From Eledone cirrhosa (taxonomy: Eukaryota), in NCBI GenBank assembly GCA_964016885.1, contig OZ024741.1:177196001-177260000 (forward strand): a DNA stretch of 64,000 nt. Direction: 5' to 3'. Under the pieces are notes generated by a model that had not been told where the DNA came from, ran no database searches, and worked only from the letters and a program-made list of their open reading frames with translations. Numbering within the stretch: position 1 is the stretch's first letter; the number at the start of each line of letters is the position of its first letter. A program made the translations under genes and the position numbers. Positions 25,446 through 37,820 of the stretch are shown here, piece by piece.

Positions 25446-26094
25446 CCGTATTACTGTAGTGATGGTGCTGTAGCGGTGGCAGCAGCAGTGAAGGAGTCAG
25501 GGGGTGGTGGCGGCGGTGATGGGATAGTGGTGGTAATGATGGCCGTAGTGAGCGGTGGCGGTGAAGGTGAAAATGCTGTTGTGTTTAGTGTACACAGATG
25601 ATGGGGTGGGTGGTGTATCTAGTTTCTGGTGTTGGTGAGTTTCGCTGTCCTATATAGTGTAGCCAGAGGAGAGGAGGGGGGGGGTTCTTCTTCTTCCATT
25701 TATAGCCACTTTATTTTTTTGGGGATATACAGTGTACAATACAAAGTTGAATATTTGAATATTTGAGCCGTATTACTGTAGTGATGGTGCTGTAGCGGTG
25801 GCAGCAGCAGTGAAGGAGTCAAGGGGTGGTGGCGGCGGTGATGGGATAGTGGTGGTAATGATGGCCGTAGTGAGCGGTGGCGGTGAAGGTGAAAATGCTG
25901 TTGTGTTTAGTGTACACAGATGATGGGGTGGGTGGTGTATCTAGTTTCTGGTGTTGGTGAGTTTAGCTGTCCTATATAGTGTAGCCAGAGGAGAGGAGGG
26001 GGAGGGGGGGTTCTTCTTCTTCCATTTATAGCCATTTTTTTTTTTTTTTGGATATACAGTGTACAATACAAAGTTGAATATTTGAATATTTGAG
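25446..26094. repeat. Tandem duplication (2 x ~325 bp) within the Dong 5' region
   Basis: 25446-25767 and 25768-26094 are near-identical; both begin ccgtattactgtagtgatgg and end gaatatttgag. Confidence 0.97.
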
Positions 26095-26270
26095 TCTTAT
26101 AACAATATATTTTGGGTCCGAATTTTTTTGGGGCTCAAGCCGGGTGCTTTACGTAGCATTTGTACTAAGAGTTGTTATTTCACAAATGATTTAAATATGT
26201 TAAAAATTCAAAACTTACGGGAGCGATTTCATGACCTCCGTCACCTCGTGCGTCTTCTTCCCTTATTATA

Positions 26271-26342
<72 letters not shown>

Positions 26343-26344
26343 TT

Positions 26345-28135
26345 ATATTAAATAGGAAAAGAAAATGCTTACAAATATTTCCCAGTGAAAAATAGTTGAA
26401 TTAGGAATTAGTATAAATTAGGAATAACTATTAGTTAGTATTCAGTTTTAGTCTTACGTTTTTAAGCATTTCTAATGCTTTTCAAAGATAATTTTGAGAT
26501 AGTGTGCTCGTGATTTTTGCTCTAATCTGATCAGTTTTGGAAATTCTTCCTGTTTTATGTGAAAAAAGACGCTCCAGAGGTATTAAGATTTGGTTGGTTG
26601 TTGAATGTCACGTGAATAAGCAGTATGAATTTCGCGCCAATTCGTGTTGCAAAAATTCTTGTAGTCAGAACAATTTTGATTGGTGGGTAGAAGTCACCTG
26701 AATGTTAAAATTGATTTTAGCGCGAACTGGTTTCGCGCCAAATGTAGGTTTGTCGAAAAGTGACCTTTTCCGCTTGGTTAAGTTGAAGTCATGTTGAGAA
26801 GTCATTGAAAAATATGTCTATTAAGACAAATATGTGTGTATGTGTGTGTGTGTGTGTGTATGTGTGTATTAAAGTGTTCATTGTTGTGATAATGGTCAGT
26901 AGGGATGTGTGTGTACGTGGGTGAGAGTTGCACTCATGTTGAAAGGTCAACAGTTCAGGTGTCTATTAAGACAAATATGTGTGTGTGTGGGGGGGGGGGG
27001 GCTTATTTTAAAATGTTGAAACATATTTTCAGCTCTTGTATTATAGAGAGAAATGTGTGTGTGTGTGTGTGTGTGTATATATCTGTCTGTATGTTAGTGT
27101 TCGTGTGTGTGTGGATGGACCAGTATTTTTGTGGTACTGGTAAAAATGGCGTACGTTATTCGATATTTTCAGTCATTTGCAAATACGATTTACTCAAAAG
27201 AACATCAAAAACATCAATAATTATAGAGGTGAAATGATGTATAGTATGGCATAACACCAAGGTGTGATGTGAGTGTCCAGATTGTACGTACTGCAAGGGG
27301 AATCCATTTGGCCCTGCCGTATGGGATACTTCTGTACAAATATGTATGCACCCATCTTTGTGCAATACATGTGTGCGTGTCGGCACGTGTAGATCTATAA
27401 ACATCAAAATGTGTGGGAATTTGTGTATATTTGTGTTGCACCATAGGACATGTGTGTTTATGCATGTGATTGTGTTTATATGTGGATAGAAACGTATGTA
27501 CGATGTATGCTGATGTAGGTATGTATGTTGACGTGTGTATATTGTGGGTTCCCCTTAGGGAGAAGTGTTTAGACGGGGTCTGTATTTGTTAATAAAGTTA
27601 GATTCCTTCGTGATGCGCTGGGTGTGGGTGGCATTATCTTTAAATTTGTAGAGGGGAAATATTCTAAATTTGGGATGATTTGGGGCGGCACAGGTATCAA
27701 TGTATTCACTCAAGGGTATTTTTCTGTATTCCCGTATTTTGATTTGATTCTATGGACAATCATGCGCTGGCGGAGGGTGTTTTTTGTCTGGCCTATGTAT
27801 TGTTCTCGACAACCTAAGCAAGTTAATACATATATTAGGTTTTCTGATGCGCATGTGAAATTGTGTTTTACTATAAAACTTTGTCCTTCTTTGAAATAGA
27901 ATTCCGAACCCTCTATTAGTCGTTGTGGTTGGCAATACTTTGACATGTGTTAGGATGTTTTTCATCGACTTAGATTGTCGTTTGTTCTTTATGATATCGT
28001 GTGTTCGAAGGATCTTGTTAATTTAATGGTCCTTTTTAACACAGACATGTTCTGGAGGATGGTGTCAAAGGCCTCATTGTTGAGAGGGTTGTGTGTGGAG
28101 ATGTATGGAAGAGCTTTTAGTTTCAGTTGATTTAC
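26345..28135 (-). mobile_element. Neptune-type PLE 3' relic (GIY-YIG + 3'UTR/pLTR)
   Basis: LPYISTHNPLN; FTCASENLIYVLTCLGCREQYIGQTKNTLRQRMIVHR. 26460-26750 is homologous to the reverse complement of ~50100-50430. Confidence 0.82.
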
Positions 28136-28178
28136 CTTAGAGCGTCTAAGGTCCCTAACACACACACAGATATATATG

Positions 28179-28217
<39 letters not shown>

Positions 28218-28221
28218 CTGT

Positions 28222-28300
<79 letters not shown>

Positions 28301-28409
28301 CGCGTGTGTGGGTGTGTGTGTGTATGTATGTATATCGATAATCGAACGACTTTCATCAAATCGGACCTAGGAAACAATGTTTACGTTGTTCTTTGCAATT
28401 GCTAATCAT

Positions 28410-28540
28410 CTTTATCGGTCGCAACTCCAGGTAGAAGGAGCAATGTGAAATAAAGTGTTTAGCTCAAGGACATTACATATCGCCCTGTCCAGTAATCGAA
28501 CTCACAACCTCATGATTGCGAATCCAATTATCTTACCACT
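28410..28540 (-). mobile_element. tRNA-derived SINE 5' part
   Basis: Minus strand: agtggtaag (A box remnant), gagttcgattac (B box), then gtccttgagctaaacactttatttcacattgctcc. Confidence 0.7.
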
Positions 28541-29370
28541 CTGTATATGATCGAGTCGAGCGTTCTTACAGCACACGTATTTTAATACGAAACGTGAACA
28601 ACTTACAAGCATCACATCAAGAGCTGGAATGTCTTATCAGCATTGTATTGAACGCATTCCTAACAACAAGTGTCCTTCTTATACACCTGCTGCTGTTGTA
28701 CTTGAGAAAGCGGGCAGCATATGTATTGAGAGGAGGATAATTATGAATCAGATGCGTTGGGCTACTTATTTTGTCAGGATGGTAGATGTAAAGCTGCCTA
28801 AACAGCTATTCTATTGAGAGCTGACCAGAGAGAAAAGGCGACAACATAATGCAAAAACCTGGTTTTCGAATGTAATAAAATACGAACTTAAATTTCTGAT
28901 GATTGATAGGGAGAACTGGGAGAATTTGGCTGATGGCCGTACATCAAGGAAAAAGATCATCCAGTATGGATATGATATTTCTGGGTAAAAGTGCGTAGAG
29001 CTTGCTGTTTTGAAACGTTCATTCCGTATGTGGGATCTAAATGCAGTGCCTGCAAACATCCAGCTGCAAATAAGGTGCAATGTATGTAACCGATTTATTT
29101 CTGAAATCACACGAGCCAGGAAGAAATCAAGCCGCATTTTAGATAGTACTACCACCAAACACTCCACGCTATATTTGCAATGAGTATGGCTTAATTAGCA
29201 AGTCAGCTGGTGAACTGATCAAACATGGGAAAAGTCATGAAAACCCCAACCGTTATTGCCAGGAAAGCTGTCACATCTGTGGACGTGTCAAGCAAAGGAA
29301 AAGAGTTTGAAAAGTAACTTACCTCTTCTTTGAAGAAATGGCACTCCTCTGACAAGTAGTAGCATTTAAC
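28541..29370 (+). mobile_element. RTE/BovB-like LINE 3' relic with degenerate C-terminal zinc fingers
   Basis: IIMNQMRWATYFVRMVDVKLPKQLFY*EL; downstream CNVCNR and CHICGRV. Confidence 0.7.
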
Positions 29371-29459
29371 AACAACAACATGCGCATACAATACACAAGC
29401 ACACACAGACGCACACAGACACACACGCACACACACACACACCCATATATATTTTTTTC

Positions 29460-29592
29460 AGGGTATATCAATATTTATTTATAAAACAAATCTGTATTTT
29501 ATCTGATGAAAGCGCACCATAATTTACCTTGGTCGCCCTTGATATAATAAAATAATTATGGTTTTATAAATATAGTTTCCATTTATTAATAT

Positions 29593-29598
<6 letters not shown>
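29460..29598 (+). mobile_element. PLE pLTR fragment with degenerate hammerhead (same family as 41082-41464)
   Basis: ttttat-CTGATGA-stem II-GATA..ataaaa; shares tatggttttataaatatagtttccatttatt with 41170-41210; ends in (TA)n. Confidence 0.65.
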
Positions 29599-29913
<315 letters not shown>

Positions 29914-30190
29914 AATTAATAAAAATAATGAATAAAAACAAAGAAACAGTTCCTTATATAAAAAAATTCATCATTTTACGATCGTTTCTAGGATATATAT
30001 GTTTGTGTTGGTATGTATATCATATAGATCTATGTAAAATTTTTACAAACCATCCGAGGGAATATACATACCTACACATATATATGCTGTCTTCAGAAAT
30101 AATGATATTTGTTTATTGAAAAAAACCAATGGTTGGTTTTTTTCAGTAAACAAATATCATTATTTCTGAAGCCAGTGTGTATACACACAG

Positions 30191-30288
<98 letters not shown>

Positions 30289-30334
30289 GTGTGTGTCTGT
30301 GTGTGTATGTGAGTGTGTGTCTGTGTGTGTGAAA

Positions 30335-31230
30335 TTGCTTGAACAACATCCAGACGCCATCGGATACCTTTCTCTATTCGACTTTACACTAAGAGTCATA
30401 TATACCAAACTTTACTGGAAGGATGCCTGCAGTAACAGTTTTGTACACAATGACTCCGCCTTACTCTTGGATACGCCACAGATGCAGCGACAGTCATACC
30501 AAAATGTTGGAATTCTAAAGACTTATCAACAAAATCGGCTAACCAATCACCAAAATGCCAAGACCACAGCATGCAAAAGAAATAGGGGGAGGGGTGGGGG
30601 AGGGACACGTACCTCCTAGGATAGCAATTGCTGCCCGTTGCAGCCACATTTCAATAGGAAAACGACATCTGCGATCAAACAAGCCATCCATAGGGCGCGA
30701 CTGAATATACGACTTGCACATTCAGGACCCACTTTGAGGTGACTGCCTCACACACACCAACGCATATACAGTGATATATGCACACTCCCTAATTGCCTGG
30801 TCAAGAATGTAGAATTGTGCATGAGAGCATATGTGGTTTATAATATCACGTGCCATAAAATGCGGTTCCTCATGCATCTGAAGTACCATAGGAAGACTAC
30901 ACATACGGATCAAGGTACTCGTGACATGAGAACCTCTTCCCTAAAAATCATCTTGGCCGATGTCGCAACAAAGAGATTGAGGTCACCATTGTAGTGAGTG
31001 AAAGGAATACGGGAAATATAAGAATTAACGAAGCCATTTTAATTAGCCAATTAAAGCCAGAAATAAATAGCAGGTGAGAAAAGCACGAGGCGGATGCATT
31101 TTCAACAGATAGGAACAGTTACAGAAGAAAGTTCAAGTCATTCATTTTTTTTTTATTTTTGACTGTTTGAGCTTAGCACCTGAAAAGAGGGAAATAGCCT
31201 TGAAGTATCATGCACTAATACACTGGTTAA
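30335..31230 (+). mobile_element. Decayed PLE relic (RT thumb + GIY-YIG), clade uncertain
   Basis: GYLSLFDF..YTKLYWK..DSA; CMRAYVVYNITCHK/CGSSCI*STIGRLHIRIK; EAILISQLKPEINSR. Confidence 0.65.
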
Positions 31231-31338
31231 AACACTACTTTGTTTTCCTTTGTTTCAATTAAAATCATGTGCTCGTTATTTTCTACCGCATTGCACATGG
31301 TTTCATAAAACTTATCGGTCACGCACACACAAACACAG

Positions 31339-31414
<76 letters not shown>

Positions 31415-31595
31415 ATATAAACATATAGTAGTTATAAAGGTGCAATTGGATTGCGGTCACAGGCGGTGTGCCGAGATGAGCTCTCGATGCTATTGAGATG
31501 CAGAGTATTGATAATGATAATTAGGGAACAGAGTATTGTATCATATACATATTTAATCACATATTACATTATGTTTCACTGCCGATCAGCACGAC

Positions 31596-31698
<103 letters not shown>

Positions 31699-32137
31699 TG
31701 TGTGTGTGTATGTGTGTGTGGGTGTGCGTGTGTGTGTGTGTGTGTGTCTGTGTGTGTCTGTGTATATGTATGTGTCTATGTACGTGCAAAAGGTGCACTA
31801 TTATCTTTATCCCACGTAAGCGTCTGACAATAAATATTACTCTTCGCAAACCATGTATTATATGATACTTTACAGGGAAAGGATAACAGAGTCATATAGA
31901 ATCTACAGGAATTTTAATATTCAAGAAAATTACATTCAAGTTATATTGGGCACATAATTTTAAAGTCATTTATATATTACACATGTTCCTATTATTAAAT
32001 CTTCTAAAATACGGCATTTTAACATAAGTAAAGCGTATGGGGTGGAATAACATGCCGCAATTGCTACAGTGTTTTAAATTGCATTTTCAAAAATGACTGT
32101 GGCGAAATTCTGCCTTCCATCATTCTGGAGTAGATAA

Positions 32138-33149
32138 TCTCTCTACATATAAAATTATTTGTCTTTTTGTCTGTCTGTCTGTTCCTATACGTTCTCTAAC
32201 GGCTGGACCAAATCAAATCAGATTTTAGACCCCGCGAGTGTCAACATGTAATTTTTATTTTCATTTGGATTTACACAATATAAGATTTTATCTAAAATAA
32301 TATTTTTATAGTCAACTATAGTAAACCACGACGACGACGAGAAGACGACGGACTGTGTATGTCTGTGCATTCGTTATGTAGGATAGGCCTCAGAAAATTA
32401 AACACACACACATCTACACATACATACACATAATGTGGGGTTAGTGTATGAGAGAGTGTAGACATCACATTGTGTATATGTCAGTCTTAGTATACGTATG
32501 TTAATGCATGTTAGAGTGCATGTGCGTGTGAGTGTATGTGAGAGTATATATGTGTGAGTGTATGTGTGTTGACTGACATAACGATATTTTCTTTAGTCAA
32601 CTATAGTAAACCAGCACCACCACGAAGTCACATTTTGTACATGAGTGTGCACAATTAAACACACACACACACAGTAACATATGTGATAACACACATATAA
32701 ATACGAACGTATGTATATGTGTGTATGTCTTAGTATATGTATGTGAGTGTATGTGAGAGTGTATATGTGTGAGTGCATGTGTGTATGTGAGAGTGTAAGT
32801 GCGTGAGTGCATGTGTGAACATTTTTATTTTCATTTGGATTAAAACAATAGGAAGTCACATTTTGTATGTGTCTGTGAGTGTGTACTGTGTGTGTGTTGT
32901 GCGTCCATTAGGTACGTTATTAAATACATACACACATCTACACGTACATGAATTACACATTGAATATTGTTTACCCTAAGGTGCTTCAAGACAGACACAT
33001 TTTTGTTTCTAAATTCTGTTATCATGACAATTTTGATATTTCTTAAATAAATATGGATATTTTGAAATAAATATGAGTAAAAAAAAATATATCTTCACAT
33101 TTATTGTTTACTAATCTGAATAAGAACAGCGATACCCGGGCAACGCTAG
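32138..33149 (+). mobile_element. Non-autonomous Helitron
   Basis: 5' A|TCTCTCTACATATAAA..gtctgtctgtctg; 3' acccgggcaacg (partial hairpin) then CTAG|T; A/T insertion site with no TSD; internal duplications (e.g. 32250-32330 vs 32590-32620 and 32820-32850). Confidence 0.7.
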
Positions 33150-33399
33150 TATAAAAATACAACTCTTACCACATAAAATTCTGAATTTGTATATATATAA
33201 ATAATTATTATATAATAAATATTGTGTTTCTTGAATGAATCGGATGCGGTGATTTTCTTGTAAGACCATTTTAAAAGCAAAGATTATTAAGCCTACATCC
33301 ACTCATGTGGCGCTAAGTGAAACATTTTTGGACATTCATCCATTCACTTATTCATTTGCTAACATTCTACCTTCTTGTGTGTCTCCCTTCATGCAACCC

Positions 33400-35085
33400 C
33401 TTATTTTCTCTCTTGTCTTCTGACGCCTCTACATCTGATGTAGGTGAGCTATGAGGCCCTCTTACCAGCACTTTCCCTTCCGCCCACACATGCAAGTCAC
33501 TAACCCCTGATGCCGCTCGGTGCCCGTGCCCCAGGCCCCACACCCAGCCCCACGCCCAGCCCCACGCCCCCTCGTCTGCCCAGCCAGGGCCGTCTGGCAC
33601 ACCACCAGCGAGCTTGCCTGACACCCAAGATTCGCTGGCCAACATCGCTCGGATCAGGCAGCTTCGGAAGATCCCACTCACGATCCGAGAACGGCCCGGG
33701 TGCCGGTAGCCGATGCCCTCGCCTCCTCGATTGGGAGCGCCCAGGATGCCAATCGAGTCAGCGACTGGGAGCGACTCTTTTATTTCGCCCCACTCGCCCT
33801 CCCCACCGCTGGCGCTGACCGGGGCTGCCGGTCGACAGCAGCCGTCGTCAAGGCCAATGTATCGTCCTTTGGGCAAGCGCCCATTCTAAGCGGGCCTAGG
33901 GACGTCGCACACCCCATCTCAGGTTCCCCTAATCCTCCACACACGAGGAAAGACCCAAGCGTTTGCGCGACCGCGTAAATGCTAAATTAATCATAGGTGA
34001 TGTCTCGGCCGCAGTCAGAGTGGTTGCCTCAGAGGAAACTGTTCTCAAACACACGGAGAAGGTCCTGGCTGCCCTACGAATCAAGCACCCTGAGCCACCA
34101 GCTGATCTCAGACCCATAACCCCACTCGACCCCCACTTGCTCCTTGTGGCTTCCGACGCAGACATCATGTCCGCCATCAAGTCCGTCCCAGCTAGCAGCA
34201 GCGGAGGTGCTGAAGGACTCCGACCAGGCGACCTCAAAAAATTGCTATGCTCCTCTCCGCTGAGGCCGGGCGCCGCCTTATGAGTGCAATTGTGGCGCTC
34301 ACCAATAGGCTCATCCACGGCTCCCTAGACCCTCACGGCCGAGGCCTCTTTCTTTCGGCTAGCCTCTCCGTTCTCAGGAAGAAAGAGGGCGGCATACACC
34401 CCATCGCTGTAGCCAATGTCTTCCGGAGGCTAGCTGCCAAGCTGGTCTGCAGGTCCATAACACCCGAACTGGGTGAGGAGTTCAGTCCAGTGCAACTGGG
34501 AGTCGGCGTGTCGGGTGGCTGTGTGGGGGCCGCACATGCAACCAGGCAGATTTTCAATAGCTTCCCACCGGAACGAGCATCCAGGTACTCCAGGCACCTC
34601 ATTGTCAAGCTTGACTTGAGGAATGTTTTCAACTTCTTACGCCGCGACCATCTGCTCGATGCCTGCTTCAGCCGAGCCTCCTCTGCCTACCCGCTAGCCT
34701 ACCTGTCGTATGGAGCCCCGAGCATGTTCCTTGCTGCTGATACGGTCATACCTTTCGGCCACTGGGCTCTAACAGGGGGACTCTGTGGGACCCCTTCTGT
34801 TGGCCCTTGGTATAGACCACATCGCCCCGACTATCAGGGACCCTCTCAACGTTTGGTACCTGATGATGCTACGTTGGGCGGACCCGTATAGACTATCTGC
34901 CATGACCTACAATCGGTGGTTCCTGCCCTGGAGGGAATCGGCCTCCAGGTCAACTCAGCCAAGTCGGAGGTGGTGAATGCAGGTGTGAACCTCGCGAGTT
35001 GGAGTGGCTTTTCCAGCGCGTCTCCCTTACCGTCCCCTGGGGAAATGCCTTGTCCATCCTGTCCACCGGGGATGTGAGCATGGGG
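33400..35085 (+). mobile_element. CRE-clade non-LTR retrotransposon relic, internally deleted
   Basis: GDVSAAVR, SSSGGAEGLRP, KKEGGIHPIAVANVFRRLAAK, QLGVGVSGG, KLDLRNVFN, QGDSVGPLL, WYL/DDATLGG; then jumps to the RLE C-terminus WLFQRVSLTVPWGNALSILST (~35005-35070). Confidence 0.85.
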
Positions 35086-36504
35086 CGTCGCGTATCATTC
35101 CATATTAAGTATGGTCAATGAAGAATATGTGCCAATAGCCGGCTGTGGTTAGATTTCAAGTACTTTGCATGTCGTTTGCGCCCTCCCATATCATGTCTTT
35201 CAGTTTTGTTATTGTGTATCGGTGTTTTTTTTAATTGTTTTTGTTACTGTTGTTGTGGTATTGTTTGTTGTTTTTTATTTTCTTTTATTTTGAAATTGTA
35301 TGTGTTGTTTTTTTGCGTTATTTGTGTGCGTGCCACAACCTCAACCACAACCAGCACCATCACTACCACCACCACCATCACCGCCACCACCACCATCACC
35401 ACCACTTCACTACTACCACTACTTCAACTACCATCAACACCACCACCAGTATCTATGTTATTAAAAGTATGAATTAATTCTGGATATGCATATTATAATC
35501 CCTCAGGACCATTTTTACGTATTTCCTTTTCAAATAGCCACCCGAAAATTTAAACAAATATGAAAGAACGATTACTTATATATAAAGATCTTGTATTCTG
35601 AGGAGAGATTCACTAACACTATTTGACATACCTGGCCAACTGTCTATTCCTATAGCTTCATGTGTTCCCAAGCCTTCTGAATGAAATTGACAGAGATGTG
35701 TTGGGTTTTCCACCAGATCTCTAATAAATGCAATACTCTCTCTATAACTGCTTATCATTTGCTAAATTCCTTATTGCTAAATTCCTCTAAAATAATATTC
35801 TACCTGTTAAAAATAACATAAATTTGGTCCTGGTATTTCTTTTTATCACGAGAGAGCGCCCAATAGGCAATGAGCTAAGCTAAAATAACAAATAAACGTG
35901 GCACTTCTTCCTTCGTATGGATATTAGTATAATTTTTGCTCTTGAAAGCTAACCGAAAAAAACAGATAAGTAATTTTTTTTTTTATATTTCCTACACACA
36001 TATTCCGCTTATTATAATCAAATATAATCGCATTTTATTTCAGGAGAGAAAGAAAAAAAAGAGGGAGTGACAGAGGGAAACACACACTTAACAATAGGAG
36101 AGTAATATCTTAGTAGACACGTACCGAATAAACTTAATAAAACTGTTGTAGCTTTTGCTAGTAGGGAGTATAGATAACATACGTGTAGCTGCGATAAACT
36201 CGTATAAAAACTTAATATATTTAATATTAAACACTTAATGTTCGAAATAATCAAACCTCAGTAGATAAACATTCATTAAATATATGAAGAATATCATTTT
36301 GTGATATCACAATATGAAAACCAAGATTTAACTGAAGTCGAAATATATTAAACGTCTGATGTAGAATTTCATGTCAGCATTAATCATATATAGCAGTTAT
36401 TGCAAATGTAAGCCATATTGAATTCATTTCTTTCTCATTTTCCTTCCTCCACATCATACCAACAACATTATTATCTACACCATAATTAATATTTTTAGAG
36501 AACA

Positions 36505-36712
36505 GTGAACTGGCAGAAAATATAGACTATCCGGAAAATGTTTTGCGGTATTTTTAGTAGCTCTTTATGTTCTGAGTTCAAATTTCGTCGAAAACAATAA
36601 GATATTTCATCTTTCTTTGGACTATAAAACGTAAATGTGCAAGATATAATCAGCCGTCCCTACAAAGGGGATTGTTGGCCTACAGTCTCAGTGACAAAAT
36701 AATAATTATTAT
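36505..36712 (+). mobile_element. tRNA-derived SINE (diverged)
   Basis: tggcagaa A box, gagttcaaattt B box, ttgttggcct near the 3' end, (ATT)-like tail; same family as 37601-37820. Confidence 0.65.
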
Positions 36713-36869
36713 TACTAATGTTGTTGAAGGCTCCAGAGTGATGCTCCAGAGTAATGGCTGATGAATGCTATCGAATGCTTTGGAGAACTCGATGAAGCTG
36801 ACGGCGAGGGGCCTCTGGAATTCGTTGTACCTCTCAATGATGCGGCGTAACGTAAAGATCTGCTCTGCA

Positions 36870-37596
36870 CAGGAACATATTGGTCGGAAGCTTAGGTCTC
36901 AATATCAGTGTTAAGAAGACCAAAAGCATGTTATCTAGGACACACCCATCACCAACTAGTGTTTTCATTGAACAGGGGGAGGTGGAGATAGTGGACAACT
37001 TCACCTACCTAGGAAGCTCCATTGACAATGGGGGCGCCATGGATAGTGAATTGCAATGTAGAATGGGAAAGGCTTCAGCAGCATTTAACCAGCTTGACAA
37101 GATCTGGAAGAGCAGGAAGTTCACCCTCAAAACAAAGATGAAATTTTACAACAGCAACGTGCTGTCCATACTCTTGTACGGGAGTGAAACATGGCACCTT
37201 AAGACCAGCCAAGAGAAGAAGTTGGACGCATTCGATTCCAGGTGTCTGCGAAAGATCCTGGGGATTAAATGGAGTGACCATGTAACAAACCAGGAAGTCA
37301 GGAGCTGTACCAACCAGCAGCTAGTCTCTTCTGCCATCTGCAAGCGACGCCTGGGTTGGTTTGGGCACGCTTTGAGACTTCCCCCGGCGAGACTGGCGAA
37401 CCAAGTACTTAAATCGAACCCACAGGGAAGCAGACGGAGAGGGCAACAAAATGAACTGGCGCCAGACAGTTGAGAGGGACCTGCGAGCGACAAACAGACA
37501 ATGGCAGGACGCTGTGCAACTGGCTGCTGACCGAACGCAGTGGAACACTATGATTTCCTCATGCGTCGCAAGATGCGGGAACTTCTGAGTCTGAGT
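36870..37596 (+). mobile_element. RTE-clade LINE 3' fragment (RT C-terminus) with (TCTGAG)n tail
   Basis: ORF 36880-37473: GLNISVKKTK, FTYLGS, RMGKASAAF, LLYGSETW, CLRKILGIKWSDHVTN, RRLGWFGH. Confidence 0.92.
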
Positions 37597-37600
37597 GTGG

Positions 37601-37820
37601 AAGGCGGTGGATTGGCAGTATAGGTAGAGCCTCGGATTCCATTCCTAGCAGCATAGAGATATCGCTCTTTAGGTTCTGAGTACAAAACCCGCGGCGGTTA
37701 GCTTTGCCTTTCATTTTGACAGGTTCGATAAAATAAAGTACCAGTTATGCACTGATCGAATTTATCGACTTTTCCTTCTCTTAGAATTGTTGGCCCTGTG
37801 CTTGAACGTAGAAACACTTA
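37601..37820 (+). mobile_element. tRNA-derived SINE (cephalopod-like family)
   Basis: ggcggtggattggcag..ggtagagc A box; B-box remnant; core ctttgcctttcat..tcgataaaataaagtaccagt. Confidence 0.8.

Larger units (their letters stand above)
21410..26262 (-). mobile_element. Full-length R4/Dong-clade RLE retrotransposon inserted in (TAA)n
   Basis: Single long ORF; ~75-nt 3'UTR with a stem-loop spanning the stop (aatatc..gctgc..gtggc..gatatt); ~1.4-kb 5' region; (TAA)n on both sides (21364-21409 and 26263-26335). Confidence 0.92.
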
